A DNA stretch of 64,000 nt from NCBI GenBank assembly GCA_963795165.1, contig CAWCGT010000001.1:577168-641167 (forward strand). Reading direction: 5' to 3'. The stretch is from an uncultured Microthrixaceae bacterium. Lineage in GTDB: Bacteria; Actinomycetota; Acidimicrobiia; Acidimicrobiales; VFJN01. Every line of letters starts with the position of its first letter. Within the stretch, counting starts at the first letter, position 1. Made by a program: the position numbers and the translations under genes. Below are positions 39,387-49,780 of this stretch, one piece after another. The notes under the pieces are model-generated. The model saw only the letters and a list, made by a program, of their open reading frames with translations. It had not been told where the DNA came from and made no database searches.

Positions 39387-40229
39387 ATGGACGCCGTGGC
39401 CTCCCGCATCCAGGCCCATGCGGAGGCGCTGCCCCCCGCCGAGCGACGGGTGGCCGAGGTGGTGCTGGGCGACCTCTCCAGCGCGGCCTTCGCCACGGTC
39501 GCCGACCTCGGGCGACGGGCCAGCACCAGTGGCGCCACCGTGGTGCGCCTGGCCCACCGCCTCGGCTACGACGGCTGGAGCGGGCTGCAGGCGGAGGCAC
39601 GCGCCGGGATCGACCACCAGCTGCGTCCGGCGGCGGAGCGCATCCGGGAGGACGCCGTCGGGGACGTCCTCACCACCACAGCGGCGCGCGAGGCGGCGAA
39701 CGTCCACGAGACGCTCGCCGCCGTGGACCGTCACGCCTTCGGGACGGCCGTCGAGCGATTGGCTGACTCGGGCCGCGCCGTGCGGGTGCTGGCTGGGACG
39801 GCCCAGGACGGGGTGGGGGCGCTCCTCGCCGACGGGCTCGACCTGCTTCGACCGGGTGTGGAGCGGATCACCGGGTCCCCGGTCCGGGTGTCCGCCCGCC
39901 TGGCCCATGCCGAGGCCGGGGACGTGCTGGTGGCCGTGGACCTCCGACGCTACGAGCGATGGGTGCTCGACGCCGTGGTGGCCGCTGCCGAAAGCGAGGG
40001 CGTGGTGGTGGCCCTCACCGACTCACGGCTGTCACCCCTGGCCCGTCACGCCGAGGTGACCTTCGTGGTGGCCGCCGAGGGGGCCGGGCCCTTCGACAGC
40101 CACGTCGGCACCCTCGCTCTGGTGAACGCGCTGGTGACCGGAGTGGCCGAGCGCCGTCGTCGGCCGGCCACCCGCCGGCTCGACCGCGTCGAGGCGGCCT
40201 GGGCCACCGCTAGCGCCCTCACCGACTGA
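39387..40229 (+). CDS. MurR/RpiR-family transcriptional regulator (HTH + SIS)
   Basis: ORF 39306..40229 from ATG 39387, intact. The HTH_6 part is LPPAERRVAEVVLGDL...ATVADLGRRASTSGATVVRLAHRLG. The SIS-like C-terminal half is RVLAGTAQDG...VLVAVDLRRY. Confidence 0.8.
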   Translation: MDAVASRIQAHAEALPPAERRVAEVVLGDLSSAAFATVADLGRRASTSGATVVRLAHRLGYDGWSGLQAEARAGIDHQLRPAAERIREDAVGDVLTTTAAREAANVHETLAAVDRHAFGTAVERLADSGRAVRVLAGTAQDGVGALLADGLDLLRPGVERITGSPVRVSARLAHAEAGDVLVAVDLRRYERWVLDAVVAAAESEGVVVALTDSRLSPLARHAEVTFVVAAEGAGPFDSHVGTLALVNALVTGVAERRRRPATRRLDRVEAAWATASALTD

Positions 40230-40238
40230 CCGGTGGGG

Positions 40239-40421
40239 TCAGCGGCGGGCGCCGTCTCGCGGGCCTCGGACGGCCAACCAGAGGACGCCTAGGCCCACCA
40301 CGACGGCGAGCACCTTCAGCGAGCCGAGCAGCAGGAACACGGCCGACCGCAGCAGGAGCACGGCCAGCAGGCCGCACCCCACTCCGATGAGCAGCCACTG
40401 GCGCGGCGGGCGGCGGGCCAT
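40239..40421 (-). CDS. small 2-TM hypothetical protein
   Basis: ORF 40239..40421(-), 60 aa (WLLIGVGCGLLAVLLL, LAVVVGLGVLWLAV). Its start abuts the crotonase stop. Confidence 0.35.
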   Translation of the reverse strand: MARRPPRQWLLIGVGCGLLAVLLLRSAVFLLLGSLKVLAVVVGLGVLWLAVRGPRDGARR

Positions 40422-41224
40422 CAGGAGAACGAGGGCGGACGCTTCTCGAAGAAGGCCGTCGTGGCCTCCACCTGGTTGGGGCTCCCGATGAGGGACCCCA
40501 TCGTCACCCGCTCGTCGTGCAGCTGCTCGGCCAGCGGGCGGGTACCGGAGAGGTTGAGGAGGCGCTTGCCCTCCCGGAGGGCATCGGGACTCTTGGTCAC
40601 CAGCTCAGCGGCCAGGGCCAGCGCCGCCTCCCGAGGATCGTCGGCCAGCCGCGTGGCCAACCCAAGCTGAACGGCCTCCTCTCCCGAGACCATCCGTCCG
40701 GTGAGCGTCAGCTCCTTGGCGACGTCGAGGCCCACCAGCTTGGGCAGCATCACGGTGCCGGTCATGTCCGGGATCAGGCCCCACCGCGACTCGAGCACCG
40801 AGAGCTTGGCGTCGGGGGCCACGATCCGGATGTCGGCCCCCAGGGCGATCTGCAGACCCCCGCCCAAGACCGCGCCGTGCAGCGCCGCCACCACCGGGAC
40901 CTCGATCTCCTGCCAGACCCACGCGGTCTGCTGCGCCAGGTGGGTGATGCGCCCGCTGGTCTCCCCGATCGTGCCGAGCGCCCCGGCGTCGGCCGCATCA
41001 TCGCCCGCCATGGCCTGGAAGCTGCCGAAGTCGAGCCCGGCGCAGAAGCCCCGGCCCTCCCCCGAGAGCACGACCACGCGCACCGATCGATCGCCTTTGA
41101 GGCCCTCTCCCGCCTCGGCGATGCCCTGGAACATGGCCTGATCGAGCGCATTGAGCTTGTCGGGACGGTTCAGTCGGACGTCAGCGATGCCGTTGTCAAT
41201 GGAGATGGAGACCCGGTCGGACAT
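40421..41224 (-). CDS. enoyl-CoA hydratase/isomerase (crotonase) family
   Basis: 3' 267 codons of ORF 40421..42235(-), intact. Motifs are VVVLSGEGRGFCAGLD and PVVAALHGAVLGGGLQIALGADIRI. Confidence 0.85.
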   Translation of the reverse strand: MSDRVSISIDNGIADVRLNRPDKLNALDQAMFQGIAEAGEGLKGDRSVRVVVLSGEGRGFCAGLDFGSFQAMAGDDAADAGALGTIGETSGRITHLAQQTAWVWQEIEVPVVAALHGAVLGGGLQIALGADIRIVAPDAKLSVLESRWGLIPDMTGTVMLPKLVGLDVAKELTLTGRMVSGEEAVQLGLATRLADDPREAALALAAELVTKSPDALREGKRLLNLSGTRPLAEQLHDERVTMGSLIGSPNQVEATTAFFEKRPPSFS

Positions 41225-41332
41225 GGCGCCAGCATGGCAGCGGCTTCCCTTCCGCGCCCGTCCGGGGCACACTGGCCACCCGCATTCCCCCCCACCGCCG
41301 ACGTCCCGGCTCCTGCCGACCCCGTCCCGCTG

Positions 41333-42765
41333 ATGCGATCTCGCCCCCACCCCACCGCTCGACGCGCCCGCGCCACCGCCGCCCTCGCCGCCGCAGTGCT
41401 CGGGCTGACCAGCCTGGCGAGCGTGCCAGCCGCCGATGCCGAACGCCCCGCTCCCGCCGCCGCACCCGACCCGGCCACGCTGGCCCCTCCGTCGCCCGAT
41501 CTGCCCGGACTCCCCGACACCTCGCTCGAGCTGGCTCAGGTCCCCGTCAGCAGCCCTGCGTTCCACCGGGCGGCCGAGCGCTACGGCCGCCTGCACGCCG
41601 CCCACCGCGATGCCCAGGCGGGCCGGGCCGCCCTCGACGCCCGTCGCACGGAGCTGCAGGCCAGGACCACTGAGCTGGAGGCGGTGGTGGTCGCCTCCCA
41701 GGCCCGCCGGGACGGGCTGGCCTCGCGCCTCCACGTGGTGGAGCGTGCCGTGCAGGAGCTCGCGGTGGAGGCGTTCCTGGCCGGCGACGGACGAGGAGCG
41801 GCTCGACCGAGCCATGGCGTCTCCGCAGCCGGCCATCAACGACGTGGATCGGCGCGACGTGCTCGCGGGGGCATGTCCATGGACGTGCTGCTCACCGAGC
41901 GCGCAGGCGTACGCGAGCACGGATCGAGGCGGCCGAGGCCCGAGCCGCTGAGGCCGACGGCGAGCGCTCCTGGACGCCCGTCGGCGCGCTGGCCGACATC
42001 GGCCGACGCTCGACCCGCCGCCGTCAGCGCCGAAGCGCGACCGGCCGAGACGGTGGCGACCGAGCGGGTGGCCTACGAGGAGGCCCGGGTGCTGGCCACG
42101 GTGGACGGGGTGGAGTTCCCGCTCGTGGCCCTCGACGCCTACTACCGGGCCGCTGCCGCTGTCAGCGAGGAGCGCCCCGCCTGCCGCGTGCGGTGGTGGG
42201 GGCTGGCGGGCATCTCCCGGGTGGAGGGACGGCACGGCACCTACGGCGGGCCACCCTGCTGCTGCCCAACGGCGACACCAGCCGTCGCATCATCGGCATC
42301 CAGCTCAACGGCAGCAACGACACCGCGGTGATCGGCGACTCCGACGGCGGCGCCCTCGACGGCGACCCGGCGTTCGACCGGGCCGTCGGGCCGATGCAGT
42401 TCATCCCCCAGACGTGGTCGCGCTTCGAGGCCGACGGCAACGACGACGGCACAGGCGTCGCCGTTCAACCTCTACGACGCCACCCTGCGCCGCCGCCACC
42501 TACCTCTGCACCGCCAGCGGCGGCCTCGACGCCGACCCGGGCCTCCGCACCGCCTACTTCTCGTACAACCACTCCGTGCGCCTACGTGGACGCGGTGCTG
42601 GGCTACGCTCGTCGCTACGAGCGGTCCGTCGCGGTGCCCGGAGCCGACCGCTGCCTCGGGTCGAGCGGTTCGCGGCAATGCTCCCGGATCGTCCTGACCG
42701 GCGGGTCAGGAATCTCGCCGCGCGTTGTTGACAGGGTGACAACAGCGCTCCTACGGTCCCGATGA
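41333..42765 (+). CDS. secreted lytic transglycosylase-domain protein with N-terminal coiled coil; frame changes as read, 3' end uncertain
   Basis: The signal peptide is MRSRPHPTARRARATAALAAAVLGLTSLASVPAADA (ORF 40517..42331). GPMQFIPQTWSRFEADGNDDG lies in ORF 42193..42765 and AAATYLC...YFSYNHS in ORF 42414..42731. An alternative stop is the frame-2 TGA at 42695-42697. Confidence 0.55.
42692..42711 (+). terminator. 8-bp hairpin TCCTGACC-GGCG-GGTCAGGA
   Basis: It is a perfect inverted repeat read directly. It lies at the probable true end of the transglycosylase gene and upstream of the ABC-operon promoter candidate. There is no U-tract. Confidence 0.3.
42728..42757 (+). promoter_or_regulatory. 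sigma-70/SigA-like promoter candidate: TTGACA - 18 nt - TACGGT
   Basis: There is a perfect -35 hexamer at 42728-42733 and a TAnnnT -10 at 42752-42757. This lies ~88 nt upstream of the TTG 42845 start of the substrate-binding protein gene, which has a GGGGGA Shine-Dalgarno. Confidence 0.4.
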
Positions 42766-42789
42766 CCGGTGTGACCGGCGTCACCGGCG
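42763..42789 (+). repeat. 9-nt tandem repeat x3 (TGACCGGTG TGACCGGCG TCACCGGCG) at the predicted transcript 5' end
   Basis: Read directly. It starts 6 nt after the candidate -10 box. Confidence 0.6.
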
Positions 42790-42844
42790 GGGCGCACCGA
42801 CGCCGCTCGCCACCCCAGCACTCCTACGCCGCCAGGGGGACATC

Positions 42845-44489
42845 TTGAAGGACACGCAACCGCCACGTCTCGTGGCATCGGATCATCGCCGTGCTCCTCG
42901 GGCTCGTCCTGGTCGCCGCCGCCTGTGGCGGCGGGGACGACGAGCGCCGGCGGCGACGACGGCGGCACCGACGGCGACCACCACCACGGCCGAGGGTCCG
43001 GAGCGCAACCCCGTCAAGGGCGGCGTCGCTCGATGTTCGGCACCGAGTCCGACGTGGCGACCCTGGCCCCCGGCGAGGCCGCCCAGCCGTCCGACAAGGT
43101 GATCACCCTCGGCATCTACGACCCGCTCACCACCTACGTCGACGGCAAGATCGAGCCCTACCTGGCCGAGTCCATCGAGGGCAACGACGACGCTCACCGA
43201 GTACACCATCACCCTCCGCGAGGGCGTCACCTTCCACGACGACACGCCGCTCAACGCCGACGCCGTGGTCAAGCACTTCGATCGCCTCAAGGACCCGGCC
43301 ACGGCGTGCCCGTGCCTCGACAACGTCAAGCGCCATCACGCACGATGGACATGCCCGACGGCCCCGAGGGCCTCACCGTCGTGTTCAACCTCGAGGACCC
43401 CGAACGTGGCCTTCCCCGACCTGCTGGCCGGCTCCGAGCGGCTACATCGAGTCGCCCACCGCGGTGGCCGGCGGCATCAACCTGAAGACCGACGGCGTCG
43501 GCACCGGCCCCTTCACCCTGGCCGAGTTCCGGCGCCGGTGAGCGCGTCGTGCTCGAGGCCTACCCCGACTACTGGGGCACCGACGAGGACGGCACCCAGC
43601 TCCCCTACCTCGACAAGCTCACCGTCGTGCCGATCGCCGGACAGCGGCCAGCGCCTGTCCGCCCTGGAGACCGGCGACATCGACATCTTCCAGACGGCCG
43701 ACTCCAAGACGGTCAAGCAGGCCGAGGACGCGGGCTTCGCCGCCCAGAAGATCAGCGGCTCGAGCTCCACCATCCTGCTGATGAACAACGCCAAGCCGCC
43801 CTTCGACGACGTGCGGGCCCGCCAGGCGGTGGCCTACATCATCGACAAGGACCTCATCAACGAGCGGGTCTACGACGGGCGTGCGGGTGCCGAGCTACTC
43901 GGGCTTCGCTCTCGACTCGCCGTACTACAACCCCGACGCCGGCACGCCGCAGTACGACCCCGAGAAGGCCGAGGCGCTCGTCGAGGACCTCGGCGGCCTG
44001 GACTTCACGCATCGTGTGCATCCCCACCCCGGAGGCCGACCTCATCCTCAACATCATCAAGCAGCTCGGCGAGGAGGTGGGCATGAAGATCACGCTCGAG
44101 AGCCAGGAGCAGGGCGCCTTCGTGAACCGCATCTTCTCCAAGGGCGGCGACTACGAGGCCGGCCTGCTTCCGCAGCAGCCACTTCATCGAGCCGGACGCC
44201 ATCCGCCCCGGTCTCACCACCGATGACGCCGGCAACCTCGTCTTCTACAGCAACCCGGAGGTCGACAAGCTGCTCGACGAGGCCCGCGAGACCGACCGAC
44301 TTCGAGGAGCGGCAAGGACAAGTACTTCGAGGTGCAGGAGATCACCGGCGAAGAGGTGCCGCTGATCACCACCCTGTACGACCTGTTCGGCAACGTCTAC
44401 GACGACGAGCCGAGGTCGGCCCGCCGCCGGACGGCGAGCCCAACTCGCTGGGCGCCATCAAGCCCGGCCTCCTGTACGCCACCGGCTGA
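42845..44489 (+). CDS. ABC transporter substrate-binding lipoprotein, family 5 (peptide/nickel, DppA/OppA-like); many frame changes as read
   Basis: The lipobox is IIAVLLGLVLVAAAC-GGG (ORF 42891..). Other motifs are ITLGIYDPLTTYVDGKIEPYLAES, VTFHDDTPLNADAVV, GTGPFTLAEF, YPDYWG and ILLMNNAKPPFDDVRARQA, across ORFs 42925.., 43265.., 43549.. and 43881..44489. Confidence 0.75.
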
Positions 44490-44530
44490 CGCTGACCGAT
44501 GACCCTCCGGGCCGAGGATCTAACTGCTAC

Positions 44531-45505
44531 ATGACCATCGTCCGCACCGTGCTCGAGCCGGCTTGGCGAAGCTGCTGGTCGTGGTGCTCATCGTGAGCTT
44601 CCTCACCTTCCTGCTCACCAAGCTCCTGCCGGGCAGCCCGGTGAACACGATCCTCGGCCCGCAGGCCTCCAACCCCGTCGCCCGAGCCGCTCTCGAGGAG
44701 CAGCTCGGGCTCAACAAGCCCTTCCACGAGCAGTACCTCGGCTACATCCACGGCGTGGTGTTCGAGCGGGATCTCGGCAAGTCGTACTCGCCAGGACATC
44801 CCCACCACGACGTCGCTGGCCCAGCGGCTGCCTGCCTCGCTGCAGCTGATGATGATGGCGCAGGTCGTCTCCCTGCTCATCTCGGTGCCGCTGGCGCTCT
44901 TCAGCGCCTACCGCGCCAACTCGCGGGCCGACAAGGCCATCACCGCCGGCGCCTTCGGGCTGATCTCCCTCCCCGGCTTCGCCCTGGCGGTGTTCCTCGT
45001 CTACCTCTTCTCCATCCAGCTCGGGTGGTTCCCGGCCATCGGCTACGACCGCATCACCGGCCCCGACGGGCTCGGCGCCAACCTCAAGTCCGTGGCCCTG
45101 CCGGTGGCGGTGCTGGCCGCGGGCCTCACCGCCGTCTACACGCGCGTGCTGCGCAGCGACCTGATCGCCACCCTGCAGGAGGACTTCGTCCTGATGGCGC
45201 GGTCCAAGGGCCTGCCCGACCTGGCACATCCTGCTGCGCCACGCCCTGCGCCCGTCGTCGTTCTCGCTGCTCACGCGTGTTCGGCATCAACTTCGGGACG
45301 CTCATCGGCGGCTCGGTGATCGTCGAGACCTTCTTCGTGATCCCCGGCGTGGGCGAGCTGGCCGTGCGGTCGATCCTCCAGCGCGAGTACCTCGTGGTGC
45401 AGGGCGTGGTGCTGGTGATCGCCACCGCCTTCGTGCGTGGTGAACTTCATCACCGACCTCCTCTACTCGGTGCTCGATCCGCGCGTGCGAAGGGCGGGGG
45501 CCTGA
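44531..45505 (+). CDS. ABC transporter permease (DppB/OppB-like); frame changes as read
   Basis: Motifs are KLLVVVLIVSFLTFLLTKLLPGSPV (ORF 44563..), LMARSKGLP (ORF 44849..45319) and VIVETFFVIPGVGEL. The TGA overlaps the next ATG (45503-45507). Confidence 0.75.
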
Positions 45506-46421
45506 TGAGCGACGTCATCACCACCGTCGGCCGACGACCCGGCCGACGACCCCGCCGCCGGCGACCGAGCCCGCGCCGTCGGCGCAGGGGCGGCGTCGCT
45601 CGGCGTGGCCGGGTGGCTGTGCCTGGTGTGGCTGGTCCTCGTGCGCCGGCAGCGCGCTGCTCGCCCCGTGGCTGCCGATCGACGACCCCGACAAGTCGCC
45701 GACTTCATCGTGCCGGCCAACGCCACCCCGGGCACCGAGTGGGCACCTCCTCGGCACCGAGCAGAACGGCTACGACATCTTCTCGCGGCTCATCTGGGGG
45801 GGCCGGGTCTCCCTCGTGGTCGCCTTCGGCGTGCTGGCCATCGGCATGGTGGTCGGCGGCACCATCGGGCTGCTGGCCGGGCTTCCTGCGGGGGCGGGTG
45901 GAGACCATGCTCATGGCCGTCGTCGACATCTTCCTCGCCTTCCCCGCCCTCATCCTGCTGATCGCCGTCGTCGCCTTCCTCGGCGCCGACCTGAAGAACG
46001 TGGTGCTCGGCGATCTCGCTGGTGTCGATCCCGGCCTTCGCCCGGATCGCGCGGGCCACCACCCTCACCTTCTCCCGCCGCGAGTTCGTGCTGGCCGCCG
46101 AGGCGGCCGGCGCCAGCCGGTGCGCGGATCCTCGTGCGCGAGATCCTCCCCAACGTGGTGCTCCCGCTGCTGGCCTTCGGCCTCCTCGTGGTCGCCATCG
46201 CCATCGTGGCCGAGGGCAGCCTCGCCTTCCTCGGGCTCACCTCGCAGGAGACGATCAGCTGGGGCGGCATGATCAACGGCGGGCGCCGTGCCCTCCAGCA
46301 GGAGGACATCGCCCACACGTCGATGATCCCCGCCGGCATGATGTTCCTGACCGTCCTGGCCGTGAACTTCCTCGGCGACCGGTTCCGCGCCGCCTTCGAC
46401 GTGAAGGACGCCGCTCTGTGA
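45505..46421 (+). CDS. ABC transporter permease (DppC/OppC-like); frame changes as read
   Basis: Motifs are [40 protein letters not shown] and the EAA-loop [11 protein letters not shown], with the tail in ORF 45816..46421. Confidence 0.75.
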
Positions 46422-47589
46422 GCGACCACGCCGCGGACCGCCCGCCGGGTCCTCACCGCGCCCACCGCGCGCTCGACGGGCCGCTGCTCGTCGTCGACGA
46501 CTTCCGCACCCACTTCGACACGCCCGGCGGCCTCGTGCAGGCCGTCGACGGCGTGACGCTTCAGCCTCGACCGGGGCAAGACGCTCGGCATCGTCGGCGA
46601 GTCGGGCTCGGGCAAGACCGTGCTGGCCCGCTCGATCATGGGCCTGCTCACGTCGCCGCAACGTCGTGCGCAGCGGCTCGGCCACCTACAACGGCCAGGA
46701 GCTGGTGGGCGCCGAGCAACGAGCAGCTCCGGGCCCTGTGGGGCACCGAGATGGCCATGGTGTTCCAGGACCCGATGACCTCGCTCAACCCGGTGATGAA
46801 GATCGGCCGCCAGATCACCGAGGGGCTGCGCTACCACCTCGACATGCCCAAGGACGAGGCCCAGCGAGCAGGCCCTCCAGCTGCTCAACTCGGTCGGCAT
46901 CCCCGACCCGAGCCGCCGGCTGCACGCAGTACCCGCACGAGCTGTCCGGCGGCATGCGCCAGCGGGTCACCATCGCCATCGCCCTGGCCTGCGGCCCCAA
47001 GCTGCTCTTCGCCGACGAGCCCACCACCGCCCTCGACGTCACCGTGCAGGCCCAGATCCTCAACCTGCTCGACCGAGCAGCAGCGGGACCGCCACATGGC
47101 CATGGTCCTGGTCACCCACGACCTCGGCGTGGTGGCCGGCCGCACCGACGAGATCGCCGTGATGTACGCCGGCCAGATCGTCGAGAAGGCCCCCACCCGG
47201 ACGCTGTTCGCCAACGTGCGCATGCCCTACACCGAGGCCCTGCTCAAGTCGATCCCGAAGCTCGAGGAGCCCAGCCACACCCGGCTCCAGATCATCGGCG
47301 GGCCGCCCCCCGGACCTCATCAACCCGCCCGCCGGGCTGCCGCTTCGCCCCCGCTGCCCCTACGCCCAGCCGAAGTGCCACGCCGAGGCAGCCGCCGCTG
47401 CGTCGAGGCCGAGACCCCGGGCCACCTGTTCCGCTGCTGGTACCCGGTGGGCACCGAGGCCGGCCGGGAGGCGCTGGAGCGCAACCTGGCCCACCACGTG
47501 CCCGCTGCCGACGCCGCCGTCACGGCGACCGCCGGCCGCCGGCTCGAGCCGACGAGGCCTGCGACCAGCCGAGGTCGGGGCGACGCTGA
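46418..47589 (+). CDS. ABC transporter ATP-binding protein (DppD/OppD-like); frame changes as read
   Basis: GTG overlaps the upstream TGA. Motifs are Walker A GESGSGKT, signature LSGGMRQR, Walker [13 protein letters not shown], and a C-terminal oligopeptide-transporter extension with CxxxC-type cysteines (...GCRFAPRCP...). Confidence 0.75.
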
Positions 47590-48640
47590 TGGCCGGCACC
47601 GGCACCGCCCACCTCCGCGACGGCGACGACGTGCTGCTCCGCGTCGAGGACCTCGTCGTCGAGTTCAGACCGTCGGGCGGCACCGGTCGCACGCGGTGTC
47701 CGGCATCAGCCTCGACGTGCGCGAGGGCGAGACCCTCGGCCTCGTGGGCGAGTCCGGCTGCGGCAAGTCCACCACCGGGCGGGCGATCATGCAGCTGCCG
47801 CCGCCCACGAGCGGGCAGGTGCTGCTTCGACGGCACCGACCTCGACCGCGCTCGACGGCCAGGAGCTGCGCGAGGTCCGCACCCAGCCTGCAGTTGATCT
47901 TCCAGGACCCGATCTCGTCGCTGAACCCTCGCCGCAAGGTCAAGGACATCGTGGCCGAGCCGCTCCGCATCTGGAAGCGGGGCACGCGACGCCGAGCAGA
48001 CGCGCCCGGGTCGCCGAGGTGCTCGACGCCGTGGGGCTCGACCCCGCCGTGGCCGCCGACAAGCGCCCCCACCAGTTCTCCGGCGGCCAGTGCCAGCGCA
48101 TCTCCATCGCCCGCGTCGCTCGTGCTCGAGCCGAAGGTGATCATCTGCGACGAGCCGGTGTCGGCGCTCGACGTGTCGGTGCAGGCCCAGATCCTGAACC
48201 TGCTCGAGGACATGAAGGCCCGCTACGGGCTCACCCTCGATCTTCATCGCCCACGACCTGGCGGTCGTGAAGAACGTCAGCGACCGCGTGGCGGTCATGT
48301 ACCTCGGCAAGATCTGCGAGGTCGGCGCGCCCGACGACCTCTACGCCACCCCGGCCCACCCCTACACGGCGGCGCTGCTGCGCTCGATCCCGGTGCCCGA
48401 CCCCACGGTCCCGCCGGTGCAGAGCGGCCTCCTGACCGGCGAGCTCCCCTCGCCGCATCGACCCGCCGGCCGGCTGCCGGTTCCGCACCCGCTGCCCGCT
48501 GCGCCCAGGAGCGCTGCGCGGAGGAGGAGCCGCAGGTGCGCGCCGGTCGGCGAGGGTCACTACGTGGCCTGCCACTTCCCCCTACTCGGCACCGCGTCGG
48601 CGAGGCACCAGCCGTCGAGGTCGGCACCGCCGTCCCCTGA
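47589..48640 (+). CDS. ABC transporter ATP-binding protein (DppF/OppF-like); frame changes as read, 3' end approximate
   Basis: ATG overlaps the upstream TGA. Motifs are [41 protein letters not shown] and CHFP. Confidence 0.7.
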
Positions 48641-48669
48641 GCCACCGATCAGCTCGCCAGGCGGGCACC

Positions 48670-49297
48670 ATGAGCCAGCGCCCGGTCAAGGCGCCAAGTC
48701 CCACGCCCGGCTCGACCCGGCGACCCGCCGCGCGCTCCTGGTGGAGGCGGCGGCCCAGGTGTTCCGAGGTCGCGACCCGAGCGACGTGAGCTTCGAGGAG
48801 GTGGCCGACGCCGGCGGCGTGTCCCGGTCGCTCGTGTACGCCTACTTCGGCGACCGCGGCGGGCTGATCGCGGCGGTGTACCTCCACAACCTCGAGCAGC
48901 TCGACCGGGAGCTGGGCCGGGCCCTCGACGACCGGCTGCCCGACGAGGTGCGGCTGCGGCGCATCATCCGCCGATACCTGCTGCTTCGCCCGCGACAACG
49001 AGGCGGCCTGGAACGTGATGGCCGCGGCGGGGCCGCTCCAGCACCCGGCCGTCCAGGCGGCCCGCCGCGAGCGCATCGAGCGGATCGCCGCGATCCTGGG
49101 GCGACGACCCCACCGCCCGGCTGGTGGCACGGGGGGTGGTCGGGCTGCTCGAGGCCGGAGCCCAGGACTGGGTCGACTACCACGACTCCGGGCTGGAGCG
49201 GGCCACCGACGTGCTCTTCGCCGTCCTCTGGGAGGGCCTGCCCGGCCTGCGCCGACCGCGGGACCGTGGTGGCAGCCAGCTGAGCACCCGGCAGTAG
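48670..49297 (+). CDS. TetR-family transcriptional regulator; frame changes as read
   Basis: The HTH is RRALLVEAAAQVFRGRDPSDVSFEEVADAGGVSRSLVYAYFGDRGGL (ORF 48267..49283). The C-terminal part lies in ORF 49015.. and frame 2, ending at TAG 49295-49297. Confidence 0.65.
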
Positions 49298-49309
49298 CGT
49301 GGCTCGCCC

Positions 49310-49780
49310 ATGCCTGCCGCTCCCGCCTTCGAGATCGACCCCGCCGCCAAGTTCGAGGTCACCTTCGACACCGACAAGGGCGACATCGTCGCGCCGGCTC
49401 GACGCCGAGCTCGCGCCGCAGCACCGTGAACAACTTCGTGGTGCAGGCCCGAGCCGGCTTCTACGACGGCCTCACCTTCCACCGAGTCGTGCCCGGCTTC
49501 GTGATCCAGGGCGGCGACCCCGAGGGCAGCGGCCGCGGCGGACCCGGCTACACGTTCGCCGACGAGCCCGTGAAGGCCCCCTACGTGCTGGGTGCCCTCG
49601 CCATGGCCAACGCCGGCCCGGACACCAACGGCTCCCAGTTCTTCATCTGCATCGACGACTGCCAGGACAAGCTGCAGCCGCTCTACAACCTGTTCGGCAA
49701 CGTCACGAGCGGCATCGAGGTGGCCCAGGCCATCCAGGTCGGCGACAAGATGCGCAAGGTCACCGTCACCGACTCAGTGA
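49310..49780 (+). CDS. cyclophilin-type peptidyl-prolyl cis-trans isomerase; frame change near the 5' end as read
   Basis: The start is MPAAPAFEIDP.... FHRVVPGFVIQGGDP and GALAMANAGPDTNGSQFFI lie in ORF 49015..50631. The stop position is approximate. Confidence 0.75.
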
